Part shown: positions 11,198 through 21,313 of the stretch, one piece after another
Numbering within the stretch: position 1 is the stretch's first letter
Layout: every line of letters starts with the position of its first letter
NCBI GenBank assembly: GCA_000371865.1
Contig: AQUG01000002.1
Span: forward strand, 30,527 to 94,526
DNA: 64,000 nt
Reading direction: 5' to 3'
Source of the DNA: an alpha proteobacterium SCGC AAA027-L15
GTDB taxonomy: Bacteria > Pseudomonadota > Alphaproteobacteria > Pelagibacterales > Pelagibacteraceae
Made by a program: the position numbers and the translations under genes
The notes under the pieces: model-generated
Told to the model about the DNA's origin: nothing
Database searches by the model: none
Seen by the model: only the letters and a program-made list of their open reading frames with translations

Positions 11198-11298
11198 TAA
11201 AAAAATATTAACACTTCAGCAATACACTTGTTTTCTTAATTTACAATCAGTTTTTAAATAAGATTTTTTATAAAAATAATGTAGTTTTAGGTTTTTTT

Positions 11299-11961
11299 AT
11301 GAAAGATCAAATAGTTTTTAAATTTCCAGATAAAAGTTTTTATTACGAGGAAGATTTTTGCGTAGGAGAAAATAATTACGAAGCTTACAAATTAATAAAA
11401 GAATGGCCAAATTGGAGCTTTAAAGGAATCAATATTTATGGTCCAAAAAAATCTGGAAAATCTTATCTAACAAAAATTTTTTCCGATAAAACTAATTCTA
11501 AAATTTTTGATGGCAGAAACGTTAACAAAGATCATTTAGACTTAATATTAAATCAAAAAGTTTTAATTGTAGATAATGTGGAATTATTTAATGATGAAGT
11601 TTTTTTTCAAACAATTTTAAATGATTTTATAAGCAAAAATAAATTTATTTATTTAACTTCAAATAAATTAGCAGGAAGTATTTCTTTTAAATTAAAAGAT
11701 TTAATCTCACGTTTAAATTCATTAGTTGCAGTTGCAATTACCAATCCTTCTGATGATTTGTTTTATCAAATTCTTACAAAGATGCTTTCTGACAAGCAAA
11801 TTAATATTACTGCCAAAGAAATTAATTTTATTCTAAAAAATATTGAGAGAAGTTATGATGCTGCCTCAAAGTTTGTTAAGAGCCTAGATGAATTATCCCT
11901 GTTGTATAAAAAAAAGATAAATACTAAAATTATTAATCAAGCATTAACAGATATTAATTAA
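11299..11961 (+). CDS. hda: DnaA regulatory inactivator Hda (HdaA)
   Basis: N-terminal Q-x-x-F-x-F clamp-binding-like motif, GPKKSGKS, DLISRL; divergent from purM. Confidence 0.8.
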   Translation: MKDQIVFKFPDKSFYYEEDFCVGENNYEAYKLIKEWPNWSFKGINIYGPKKSGKSYLTKIFSDKTNSKIFDGRNVNKDHLDLILNQKVLIVDNVELFNDEVFFQTILNDFISKNKFIYLTSNKLAGSISFKLKDLISRLNSLVAVAITNPSDDLFYQILTKMLSDKQINITAKEINFILKNIERSYDAASKFVKSLDELSLLYKKKINTKIINQALTDIN

Positions 11962-12814
11962 TTTTATTAAAAGTTTTTTTTAGATCTTTTATTAGTTTTG
12001 TTAAATTTATAATTTCAACATTTTTCAAATTTTTAGAAATAATAGAAATTTCCTCATTTTTTATATTTCTTATAATTTCCTTATCTGAAAATACCCAATT
12101 TTTGGGAAGATTGATTTTTTTTGCTATTTTATTTCTGAAATTAATTATTTTTATAAATTTTCTATTTTTAATAATACTACTACCCAATTTTTTTTTATAA
12201 ATAATAGGATAATCTTCATTAGAAACTTTAAAAATTTCTTTTTTTATTAGTTTATTAAATAATTTTAATTTATTATTTTTAACTAATATATTATTTAATT
12301 TATTAAAAATTATTTTTAGATAATAAACATCATTTATTAAATAGTTTATTCTCTCATCATCAATTGGTCTTTTAAGCCAATCTTCATTCTGTAGAGCCTT
12401 ATCTAAACTAATCTTACAAAAATCTTGGACTAATTTCTTATAAGAAGGAGGTTCGGTATAACCGTTAAACAATGCTGCAATTTGAGTATCAAAAACAGCA
12501 AATATAATTTTCTTAACTATTGGTAAAAATATTTCTAAATCTTGTCTGCATGAATGGATTACTAAAGTATTTTTTTTTTTATTTAAAAATTTAAATATTT
12601 TTTTAAAATTTATATTTTTTTGTAAACAATCTATGATTCCAATATTTGTTCCATCGAAAATAACTATAATAGATACAATTGCTTTATAAGTTGATCTTCT
12701 TTCAAATTCTGTATCAAAGAAAATTTTTTTTTTATTTTTAATCTTTGCAATAAATTGATCTAGTTCTTTATTGTTTTTAATAATTGAGAAATTATGATTG
12801 TTTTTTTTGAACAT
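11954..12814 (-). CDS. rnd: Ribonuclease D (shortened)
   Basis: DTEFER, HSCRQDLE, FDTQIAA, DWLKRP, YLINDV exonuclease motifs; divergent from aspS. Confidence 0.88.
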   Translation of the reverse strand: MFKKNNHNFSIIKNNKELDQFIAKIKNKKKIFFDTEFERRSTYKAIVSIIVIFDGTNIGIIDCLQKNINFKKIFKFLNKKKNTLVIHSCRQDLEIFLPIVKKIIFAVFDTQIAALFNGYTEPPSYKKLVQDFCKISLDKALQNEDWLKRPIDDERINYLINDVYYLKIIFNKLNNILVKNNKLKLFNKLIKKEIFKVSNEDYPIIYKKKLGSSIIKNRKFIKIINFRNKIAKKINLPKNWVFSDKEIIRNIKNEEISIISKNLKNVEIINLTKLIKDLKKTFNKIN

Positions 12815-12854
12815 TAACTGTATCTCAATTTATTATTAAAAAGGCTGGTTTGAT

Positions 12855-14645
12855 TTGAATAAATATAGAACTCACAATTGCGCAGAACTTACAATTAATA
12901 ATATTGGTAAGCAAACTATTCTGTCCGGATGGATTCATAAAAAGCGAGACCATGGTAATTTATTATTTATCGATTTACGAGATCACTATGGAATGACGCA
13001 GTGTGTCATCGACAATAAAAATGAACATTTTTCATCACTAGAGAAAATTAAATTAGAAACAGTTATTCGAATAGAGGGAGAAGTTGTTGCAAGAACTTCC
13101 GAGACAATTAATAAAGAACTTGCAACTGGTTCTATTGAAGTTTTAGTTAAAAATTTTAATGTATTGGGGTCAACAAAAGAACTTCCTTTACCAGTTTTTA
13201 GTGATCAAGAATATTCAGAAGAGATAAGATTAAAATATCGTTATTTAGATTTAAGAAGAAAAAAATTACATCAAAATATTATTTTAAGATCTAATGTTAT
13301 TTCATTTATTAGAAAAAAAATGGAGAGTCTTGGATTCTTAGAGTATCAAACACCAATTTTAACCTCTTCTAGTCCTGAAGGAGCAAGAGATTTTCTAGTT
13401 CCTAGTAGATTAAATCCTGGAAAGTTTTACGCTTTGCCGCAAGCACCTCAGCAATTTAAACAATTGATTATGGTGTCCGGTTTTGATCGATACTTTCAAA
13501 TTGCACCATGCTTTAGAGATGAAGATGCAAGAGCAGATAGAAGTCCTGGTGAATTTTATCAATTAGATATTGAGATGTCTTTTGTTGAGCAGGAAGATGT
13601 ATTTCAAGTAGTGGAACCATTGCTTCATGATGTTTTTACAAAATTTAGCAAAGGTTATTTGATTAGCAAAACTCCATTCAAAAGATTTAAATATAAAGAT
13701 GCAATGTTAAAGTTTGGAACAGATAAACCAGACTTAAGAAATCCAATTGAAATTAGTGACGTTACCGAAATTTTTGAAAGAGAAGATGTTAAATTAGAAA
13801 TATTTAAAAAGTTAATCCAAAAAAAGTCAGTAGTAAGATGTGTTGTTGCAAAAAATGTTTCTTCTAAACCAAGAAGTTTTTTTGATAACTTGGATAAAGG
13901 AGCAAAAACAGAAGGGGCTTCAGGACTGGGTTATATTATTCTTGAAAGCAATAACGGAAAATTAGAAGGAAAAGGACCTATAGCTAAATTCTTTTCCGAG
14001 GATGCAATAAACAATTTGTGTAAAAAAATTAATGCTGGTGGTGGTGACGCTATATTCTTTATATGCGATGTTAAGAAGAATGCTGAAAAATTTTCAGCGT
14101 GGGCAAGAACTGAGATTGCAAAAAATTTAGAGTTAATCAAAGATAACCTATTTGAATTTTGTTGGGTTACTGATTACCCAATGTTTGAATATAATGAAAT
14201 TGATAAGAAAATTGATTTTAGTCATAACCCATTTTCTATGCCACAAACACCGATGGATCTGATTGATAAAACAGACCCATTAGAATTGTTGGCTTACCAG
14301 TACGATATTGTTTGTAACGGTATCGAGCTTTCATCTGGAGCAATTAGAAACCATGTTCCAGAATTAATGTATAAATTGTTTAAAATTGCAGGCTATTCGA
14401 AAGAGGAAGTTGATAACAAATTTAGCGGTATGATTAATGCTTTATCCTATGGTGCGCCACCGCATGGTGGAATAGCTCCAGGAATTGACAGAATTATTAT
14501 GTTATTGGCTGGTGAGAAAAATATAAGGGAAGTTACTATGTTCCCATTAAATCAAAATGCTCAAGATTTAATGATGAATGCTCCATCAGATGTTTCTGAA
14601 AAACAATTAAAAGAATTAAATATTAAATTAGTTAAAAAAGACTAA
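12855..14645 (+). CDS. aspS: Aspartate--tRNA ligase
   Basis: [41 protein letters not shown]. Confidence 0.98.
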   Translation: MNKYRTHNCAELTINNIGKQTILSGWIHKKRDHGNLLFIDLRDHYGMTQCVIDNKNEHFSSLEKIKLETVIRIEGEVVARTSETINKELATGSIEVLVKNFNVLGSTKELPLPVFSDQEYSEEIRLKYRYLDLRRKKLHQNIILRSNVISFIRKKMESLGFLEYQTPILTSSSPEGARDFLVPSRLNPGKFYALPQAPQQFKQLIMVSGFDRYFQIAPCFRDEDARADRSPGEFYQLDIEMSFVEQEDVFQVVEPLLHDVFTKFSKGYLISKTPFKRFKYKDAMLKFGTDKPDLRNPIEISDVTEIFEREDVKLEIFKKLIQKKSVVRCVVAKNVSSKPRSFFDNLDKGAKTEGASGLGYIILESNNGKLEGKGPIAKFFSEDAINNLCKKINAGGGDAIFFICDVKKNAEKFSAWARTEIAKNLELIKDNLFEFCWVTDYPMFEYNEIDKKIDFSHNPFSMPQTPMDLIDKTDPLELLAYQYDIVCNGIELSSGAIRNHVPELMYKLFKIAGYSKEEVDNKFSGMINALSYGAPPHGGIAPGIDRIIMLLAGEKNIREVTMFPLNQNAQDLMMNAPSDVSEKQLKELNIKLVKKD

Positions 14646-15481
14646 TTAATTTTTTTGCTCTTAATATTTAATCTAATATTACTTAGGTCTACTAATTTTT
14701 CTTTATACTGATTTCTTAAGAAACCTTTGCTTGTAATATTTTTAAGAACATCAATTAGCTGAGCGTTTTCTTCCGAGTCCTCTGCTTGATCAGTTTTTTT
14801 AATAGAAGGGGTATGCGCAAGATCTTCTCTTCCAAGATAAGAAATTGCAAGTTCTCTAAATAGATAATCTAAAATCGATGAAGCTGATAAAATTCTATCA
14901 TTGCCTTTAACTTTTCCAGAAGGTTCAAATTTAGTGTTAATGAACGCATCAACATATTCTTCTAATGGAACCCCGTATTGCAAACCTAATGATATTGCGA
15001 TCGCAAAGTTATTCATTAATGATCTTACAAGTTCACCTTCTTTATTTGTATCAATAAATATTTCACCAACTCTTCCATCGTCATATTCACCGATATGCAA
15101 ATAAACTTTATGATCACCAATCATTGCTTTTTGAATATAACCTTTTCTTCGATCAGGCATTTTTCTTCTTTCACTGAAAGCTTTGTTTTCAATAGATGAT
15201 GTTTTATTATCTTTAAGATTATTAAAAATAGTAGAAGTTATATCTTCACTTATTTTTTGACTGGAGATTTCTTTAAGCTCCTGTTCTTTACTTTGAGTTT
15301 TATTTGCCTGTATTTCAGCTAATGATTTAGTTTTTCTTTTATTAAATTTAACGTCCAAAACCTCAACTTTTCCATCTTTTCTACTATCAATCTCTTGAAG
15401 AGCTTCGTTAGTTAATTCTTGTAAATTATGAGTAATTTTAAATAAACAGGTATAAAAACTCTCAGCAATATATTTAGACAT
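14642..15481 (-). CDS. Stand-alone TSCPD domain protein: C-terminal remnant of class II (B12) ribonucleotide reductase NrdJ
   Basis: [35 protein letters not shown]...[24 protein letters not shown]...[17 protein letters not shown] matches the alphaproteobacterial NrdJ C-terminus; divergent from NDUFA12, the usual nrdJ position. Confidence 0.85.
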   Translation of the reverse strand: MSKYIAESFYTCLFKITHNLQELTNEALQEIDSRKDGKVEVLDVKFNKRKTKSLAEIQANKTQSKEQELKEISSQKISEDITSTIFNNLKDNKTSSIENKAFSERRKMPDRRKGYIQKAMIGDHKVYLHIGEYDDGRVGEIFIDTNKEGELVRSLMNNFAIAISLGLQYGVPLEEYVDAFINTKFEPSGKVKGNDRILSASSILDYLFRELAISYLGREDLAHTPSIKKTDQAEDSEENAQLIDVLKNITSKGFLRNQYKEKLVDLSNIRLNIKSKKIN

Positions 15482-15606
15482 TTTTTGATTCTTAAAATTA
15501 AATGATTTTAAATCACTATTTTAATCTGTAATAAGTGTCTAGTTAAAAACAGACAACTTGAAATAGAAAACTTTTGTGGATATCTTAAAAAATATAAATT
15601 TTTACA

Positions 15607-15966
15607 ATGCTTAAATTTCTTAAAATTATTTTTACCTGGTGGAACGGTCAGACTATTGGAACATTTTTAAATACACTATTTTTTGGAAAACTTGTTGGTA
15701 TCGATGATTCTAAAAATAAATATTATGTTGATAGCAAAGACAGAAGATGGGTGATCTTTAATTCAGAAGTAGAAGCTACAAAAATTCCACCAGAGTGGCA
15801 CGCTTGGATTCATCATTTAATCAAAGAGGTTCCAACCAAGGCTGAATTTGCAAAGTATGGATGGCAAAAAGATCACCAAGAAAATAAGACTGGAACTGAT
15901 GAAGCTTATAATCCTAATAAATACAAGCCACAGACTAAAGCTGATTACGAAAGTTGGCGTCCTTAA
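15607..15966 (+). CDS. NADH:ubiquinone oxidoreductase subunit NDUFA12 (17.2 kDa) homolog
   Basis: FTWWNGQT, RRWVIF..VEATKIPPEWHAWIHH, WQKDHQENKTGT, DYESWRP. Confidence 0.93.
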   Translation: MLKFLKIIFTWWNGQTIGTFLNTLFFGKLVGIDDSKNKYYVDSKDRRWVIFNSEVEATKIPPEWHAWIHHLIKEVPTKAEFAKYGWQKDHQENKTGTDEAYNPNKYKPQTKADYESWRP

Positions 15967-15968
15967 AA

Positions 15969-17309
15969 CTAATAAAATTTATTTTTTGACAACCAATTCA
16001 CATCGTATTTTGAATTAATAAAATCTTCATTTCTTAATATTTTCTTATGAAGATCAATTGTTGTGCTTACTCCCTCAATTACAAATTCATCTAAAGATCT
16101 TTTTAATCTAGAAATTGCAGAGGCTCTATCTCTGCCATGGCAAATAAGTTTTGCAACTAAACTGTCGTAATATGGTGGAATTTTACATCCTTGAAACACA
16201 CAGCTGTCAATTCTTGTTCCTGGCCCGGATGGTTGATTGTATGTCTTTATTGTTCCGGCACTTGGTAAAAAATCTTTACTTGGATCTTCAGCATTTATTC
16301 TACATTCAATTGCGTGTCCAAAAAAAATAATATCTTTTTGCTGCAAATTTAATTTACCCGTTGAAGCTATTTCAATTTGTCGTTTAACAAGATCAATTCC
16401 AGTTACTTCTTCTGTAACCGGATGTTCTACTTGTAATCTTGTATTCATCTCTAAAAAATAAAATTTTCCTTTGTCATAGATAAATTCAAGTGTACCAGCT
16501 CCTTCATAGCCAAGTTTTGAAATGGCATTTACAGAAACATCTAGTAAGTATTTTCTTTGTTCATTATTAATAACTGGACACGGACTTTCTTCTATTATTT
16601 TTTGATATCTTCTTTGAACAGAGCAGTCTCTTTCTCCTAAATGAACCGTATTATCTTTACCATCTGATAAAATTTGAACCTCAATGTGTCTTGGATTTTC
16701 AAAAAACTTTTCAATAAAAACTTCATCATTATTGAAGAATTTCTTAGCTTCTGTTTGTGCGATTTTAATATTTTCTTCTAATTTATCCTCAGAATGAACA
16801 ATTCTCATTCCTTTGCCACCGCCACCGCCAGCAGCTTTAATAAGTATTGGAAAACCTATTTCTTTAGATATTTTTATAGCCTCACCAATATCTTTTATTC
16901 CTGTTTCAGAACCAGACACAATTGGAAGGCCTAAACTTTTTGCTATTTTTTTAGCTTCAATTTTATCGCCCATTTTTTTAATAAGCTCTGAGCTTGGACC
17001 TATAAACTTAATTTTGTGTTGTTCTAAAATTTCAGCAAATTTATAGTTTTCAGAAAGAAATCCATAACCAGGATGAACAGCATCCGCTCCTGTAATTTCT
17101 ATCGCTGATATTAAAGAGGGAATATTTAGATAACTATCCTGAGCTTTTTGAGATCCAATACAAATACTTTCATCGGCTAATCTTACATGCATAGACTCAT
17201 TGTCAGCAGTTGAGTGTACAGCAACCGTTGCTATCTCAAGTTCTTTACAAGCTCGTATCACTCGTACGGCTATTTCGCCTCTGTTTGCTATAAGTATTTT
17301 TTTAATCAT
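15969..17309 (-). CDS. accC: Acetyl-CoA carboxylase biotin carboxylase subunit
   Basis: ILIANRGEIA, HPGYGFLSEN, GGGGKGMR, EMNTRLQVEHP. Confidence 0.98.
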   Translation of the reverse strand: MIKKILIANRGEIAVRVIRACKELEIATVAVHSTADNESMHVRLADESICIGSQKAQDSYLNIPSLISAIEITGADAVHPGYGFLSENYKFAEILEQHKIKFIGPSSELIKKMGDKIEAKKIAKSLGLPIVSGSETGIKDIGEAIKISKEIGFPILIKAAGGGGGKGMRIVHSEDKLEENIKIAQTEAKKFFNNDEVFIEKFFENPRHIEVQILSDGKDNTVHLGERDCSVQRRYQKIIEESPCPVINNEQRKYLLDVSVNAISKLGYEGAGTLEFIYDKGKFYFLEMNTRLQVEHPVTEEVTGIDLVKRQIEIASTGKLNLQQKDIIFFGHAIECRINAEDPSKDFLPSAGTIKTYNQPSGPGTRIDSCVFQGCKIPPYYDSLVAKLICHGRDRASAISRLKRSLDEFVIEGVSTTIDLHKKILRNEDFINSKYDVNWLSKNKFY

Positions 17310-17753
17310 TTACTCGACTAGGATTAAGTCCTGATCAAATTCTACCGCTTCACCGTCGGTTACTAATATTTTTTTAACCACACCGTCTTTAGTTGATGGG
17401 ACGTGGTTCATAGTTTTCATAGCCTCGATAATAATAATTGTTTGGCCTTTTTTAATATTAGCTCCAACTGTTACAAATGGTTTAGCGCCAGGTTCTGGAG
17501 CCAAATAAGCAGTTCCAACCATAGGTGATTTTATAATATTAGCTTTATTTATATTGTCAGCAGCAACAGGCGAAGAAGCAGGAGATGATGATCTTGGTTG
17601 ATTACCAGAAAATATTACCTGTTCATGAACAACGCCTTTGCTAGATTTACTAACTTTATATTTTACGTTATTTTCAGAATATTCAATCTCGGTTAGATTA
17701 AACTCATCTAAATAATCCGAAAGTTCTTTAATAATTTTTTTGTCTATTTTCAT
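17310..17753 (-). CDS. accB: Biotin carboxyl carrier protein
   Basis: SPMVGTAY, IEAMKTMN biotinylation motif. Confidence 0.97.
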   Translation of the reverse strand: MKIDKKIIKELSDYLDEFNLTEIEYSENNVKYKVSKSSKGVVHEQVIFSGNQPRSSSPASSPVAADNINKANIIKSPMVGTAYLAPEPGAKPFVTVGANIKKGQTIIIIEAMKTMNHVPSTKDGVVKKILVTDGEAVEFDQDLILVE

Positions 17754-18193
17754 TATTTATTATCTTTAATTATTTTTTTAATGGCGTCTATTGCTAAAAT
17801 ATACCCATAAGATCCTAAACCGCAAATTAGACCATTAACAGCTCCACTAATCAATGATTTGTGACGGAATTCTTCTCTATGAAATATATTAGAAATATGA
17901 ATTTCTATTTTGGGTATTTTAACAAGATTTAAAGCATCTAATATTGCAACTGATGTATGAGTAAAAGCTGCAGCATTAATTATTAAACCATCAAATTTAT
18001 CTCTAGATTTTTGAATTTTTGTTACGATCTCTCCTTCAATGTTAGACTGAAAAAAATCTAATTTTATTTTATTTTTTTTTGCATGCTCTTTGCATTTATT
18101 TTCAATCGATTCAAGAGTTTCTTTGCCATAAATCTTTGGCTCTCTTTCGCCTAAAAGATTAAGATTTGGACCGTTAATAATTACTATATTCAT
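17753..18193 (-). CDS. aroQ: Type II 3-dehydroquinate dehydratase
   Basis: NGPNLNLLGEREP..YG, QSNIEGE, EIHISNI..REEFRH; start moved to ATG 18193. Confidence 0.96.
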   Translation of the reverse strand: MNIVIINGPNLNLLGEREPKIYGKETLESIENKCKEHAKKNKIKLDFFQSNIEGEIVTKIQKSRDKFDGLIINAAAFTHTSVAILDALNLVKIPKIEIHISNIFHREEFRHKSLISGAVNGLICGLGSYGYILAIDAIKKIIKDNK

Positions 18194-18238
18194 ATAAGAA
18201 AATGATATGTTATAATTTAAAAATAGCTTAAATCCAAC

Positions 18239-18442
18239 ATGATACAAATCATTTTGAACGGAAAACCTCATAATATAAAAGAAAAAACTAATATAATTTC
18301 TTTATTAGAGACATTGTCCCTTTCAGAAAAAAAAGTAGCTATAGAGATTAATGAAGAAGTGGTGCCAAGAGATAATTATGCTAAAAAAATTTTATCAGCT
18401 AAAGATCGAGTTGAAATTGTTCATTTTATAGGAGGCGGTTAA
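18239..18442 (+). CDS. thiS: Sulfur carrier protein ThiS
   Basis: C-terminal EIVHFIGGG; directly upstream of thiG. Confidence 0.95.
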   Translation: MIQIILNGKPHNIKEKTNIISLLETLSLSEKKVAIEINEEVVPRDNYAKKILSAKDRVEIVHFIGGG

Positions 18443-19213
18443 TTGGAAGATTTAATTATTTCTGGAAAAAAATACAAGTCACGTCTTATTCTTGGAACTG
18501 GAAAATATAAAAGTTTTGAAGAAACTGCAAAAGCGATTGAAGCTGCAGAAGTTGAAATTGTAACTGTTGCAGTAAGAAGAGTGAACGTTAGAAATCCAAA
18601 AGAGCCAATGCTTATTGATTTTTTAGATCCTAAAAAGATTACTTATCTTCCAAATACGGCAGGCTGTTACACGGCAGAGGAAGCTTTGAGAACTCTAAGA
18701 TTAGCTAGGGATGCAGGAGGGTGGAATCTCGTAAAATTAGAAGTGCTTGGAGATAAGGAAACTTTATATCCAAATATGATTGAAACTATTGAAGCTTTAA
18801 AAGTTTTAAAAAAAGAAAATTTTGAAGTCATGGTTTACTCATCAGACGATCCTATACTTTGTAAACAATTAGAAGATATGGGTGCTGCAGCGATTATGCC
18901 TCTAGGCTCACTTATAGGATCAGGACGTGGAATTCAAAATAGGTTTAATATTTCAATTATTAAAACTCAATCTAAAGTGCCCGTTATTGTTGATGCTGGA
19001 ATAGGCTGCGCTTCAGATGCAGCTATTGCTATGGAATTAGGCTGCGATGGCGTTTTAATTAACACTGCTGTAGCGGAAGCTAAAAACCCAATTTTAATGG
19101 CTGAAGCAATGAAAGACGCTGTGATTGCAGGAAGAAAATCCTTTATTGCTGGAAGGATTAAAAAGAAAGTAACTGCAAATCCATCAAGTCCTTTTGAAGG
19201 ACTTATTGAATAA
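18443..19213 (+). CDS. thiG: Thiazole synthase
   Basis: [32 protein letters not shown]. Confidence 0.97.
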   Translation: MEDLIISGKKYKSRLILGTGKYKSFEETAKAIEAAEVEIVTVAVRRVNVRNPKEPMLIDFLDPKKITYLPNTAGCYTAEEALRTLRLARDAGGWNLVKLEVLGDKETLYPNMIETIEALKVLKKENFEVMVYSSDDPILCKQLEDMGAAAIMPLGSLIGSGRGIQNRFNISIIKTQSKVPVIVDAGIGCASDAAIAMELGCDGVLINTAVAEAKNPILMAEAMKDAVIAGRKSFIAGRIKKKVTANPSSPFEGLIE

Positions 19214-21136
19214 TTATCCTACCTCTTTAGCAGATTCAGTTTCTTTTTTTTTAACTCTTTTGTTGTCTTTGAATCTACTTTTATTAAAGAATTTTTTTCT
19301 TTTAGCTTTATAACCATCGTGTTTTTTATCATCAACGTTTTCTTGTTTTTCTTTTGAATTATCTTTTGTTTCTTCTTTATCAGAACTTAAATTAGTTTCT
19401 TTCAAATTAGGTTCTTTAACTTCAGTACCATTAAATTCGCTGATTAGTTTCTTTTTAGAGTCATAAAAACTAAATAAAAATTCCTGGCTTAAAAACTCAG
19501 TATTTTGAACTAAGTTAATTTTGAATTTATATTTGTCTTTAAAAAATTTAAGTTCGATTGAATAATTTTTATTTAATATATCAATTATTTTTTTAGATAA
19601 ATTAACATCTATAATTTTAATTTTTTCATCACTAAATGCACGTTCTTCTAATAATTTGATTATTTTAAGTGCAAATGAATCTACCGATAGCTGAATTTCC
19701 CATTTAATGGAGCTTTCCCTTAGTCTTTGTCTTGTCATTTCAAGAAGACCAAAGTTACTTATTCTCCCAAACTGAATTCTTGCCTTATCATTCTTTAATG
19801 ACTCTCTTAATTTTCTCTCAACCAATCTTTTATTGGAATAATTTTCCATATCGATAAAATCGATAACAATAAGACCAGCTAAATCTCTCAATTTCACTTG
19901 TCTTGCGATTTCTTCTGCTGCTTCTAGATTGTTTGTTAAAGCTGTTTTTTCAACATTTCTTTCTCTTGTTGATCTACCCGAGTTAATGTCGATTGAAACT
20001 AAAGCTTCAGTCGGACTTATAATTATATAACCGCCAGACTTTAATTCTATTCTAGGTTCAAAAATTGAATTTAAATATTTTTCAATATTGTAATGATGAA
20101 ATATAGGAATCTTACCTTTATATTTCACAATATTTTTTACATGTGCATTGGAGATTTTTTTTGCATATTTTTTTGCAGCCTCAAAAGCTTTATCACCATC
20201 AACAATAATACTATTGATGTCTTTGCTGTAAAAATCTCTAATGGCTCTCGCAATCAAATCTTCTTCTTCATAAATTGTACTTGGAGCAATTGATTTTAAA
20301 GTCTTCTTTCTTATTTCTTCCCAAGTACCCAACAAGTTTGTTAAATCATCTTTAATTTCATTTTTAGTTTTATTAGCACCAGCAGTCCTAATGATTAATC
20401 CCATTGTTTTTGGAAGCTCTAAATCATTAATAATTTCTTTCATTTTCTTTCTATCGCTGGAACTGTAAATTTTTCTAGAGATCCCACCGCCTTTTGCTGT
20501 GTTTGGCATTAAAACAATGTATTTTCCTGCAAGCGATATAAACGTTGTAAGAGCTGCACCTTTTTTTCCACGCTCTTCTTTTACGATTTGAATTAAAACT
20601 ATTTGTCCAGGCTTGATGACTTCTTGAATACGATATCTTTTAAATCTGTAAAAACTTCTGTTGTTTTTAGGTTTGTCTTCGACATGATTTTCTTCATTTG
20701 AATCAATATCTTCATTAGATGCTTTGTTTCCAATATTCTCTTCATCTTGATCTCCATTAGATGAATTTTTATCTTGTAAATTAATATCTTCACCTTGCTC
20801 AGCATGTTCAACGATTTCTTTGTCGTTTTCTTCTAGAAGTTTTGCTCGAGCTTCTTCCTCTTCTTTTTTAATTCGATCTTTGTCAGCTTGAGGAATTTGA
20901 TAATAATCTGATTGAATATCGTTAAATGCTAAAAATCCATGTCTTTCGTTTCCGAAATCTACAAACGCAGCTTGTAAAGATGGTTCTATTCTACTTACTT
21001 TACCTAAGTAGATATTTCCTTTTAGATTTTTGCGATGAATATTTTCATATTCATATTCTTCAATTCCATTATTGGACTTGATAGCAATTCTAGTTTCTTC
21101 TGGATGCGAAGCATCGATAAGTAACTCCTTAGACAT
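19214..21136 (-). CDS. rne: Ribonuclease E/G
   Basis: GNIYLGKVSRIEPSLQAAF S1 domain, IDINSGR, LRDLAGLIVIDFIDM, FGLLEMTRQR. Confidence 0.96.
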   Translation of the reverse strand: MSKELLIDASHPEETRIAIKSNNGIEEYEYENIHRKNLKGNIYLGKVSRIEPSLQAAFVDFGNERHGFLAFNDIQSDYYQIPQADKDRIKKEEEEARAKLLEENDKEIVEHAEQGEDINLQDKNSSNGDQDEENIGNKASNEDIDSNEENHVEDKPKNNRSFYRFKRYRIQEVIKPGQIVLIQIVKEERGKKGAALTTFISLAGKYIVLMPNTAKGGGISRKIYSSSDRKKMKEIINDLELPKTMGLIIRTAGANKTKNEIKDDLTNLLGTWEEIRKKTLKSIAPSTIYEEEDLIARAIRDFYSKDINSIIVDGDKAFEAAKKYAKKISNAHVKNIVKYKGKIPIFHHYNIEKYLNSIFEPRIELKSGGYIIISPTEALVSIDINSGRSTRERNVEKTALTNNLEAAEEIARQVKLRDLAGLIVIDFIDMENYSNKRLVERKLRESLKNDKARIQFGRISNFGLLEMTRQRLRESSIKWEIQLSVDSFALKIIKLLEERAFSDEKIKIIDVNLSKKIIDILNKNYSIELKFFKDKYKFKINLVQNTEFLSQEFLFSFYDSKKKLISEFNGTEVKEPNLKETNLSSDKEETKDNSKEKQENVDDKKHDGYKAKRKKFFNKSRFKDNKRVKKKETESAKEVG

Positions 21137-21313
21137 AATAATAAATTCCTAAATTTTTGATTAATTTTTAATGACATAAAATTCATTTGTTTTCTTAACT
21201 ATTATATAAACATCTTTGTTAAAATATCTATTTAAATCTTAATAATTTAAGCAAATCGATGTAGAAGTTGTTTAGTTATTTAATAAATAAATCGTAAAAA
21301 TTGATTTTTTAAA

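Noticed and set aside
15607-15966. Mitochondrial-type complex I accessory subunit as a novelty
   Set aside because: NDUFA12 homologs are a known, common feature of alphaproteobacteria.
18194-18271. N-terminal extension of aroQ in the ORF track (similarly lptD 5515-5532, nuoB 43745-43771 and the island ORF 39225-39248)
   Set aside because: The extensions overlap neighbouring genes or lie upstream of the SD or homologous start; the downstream ATGs fit better.
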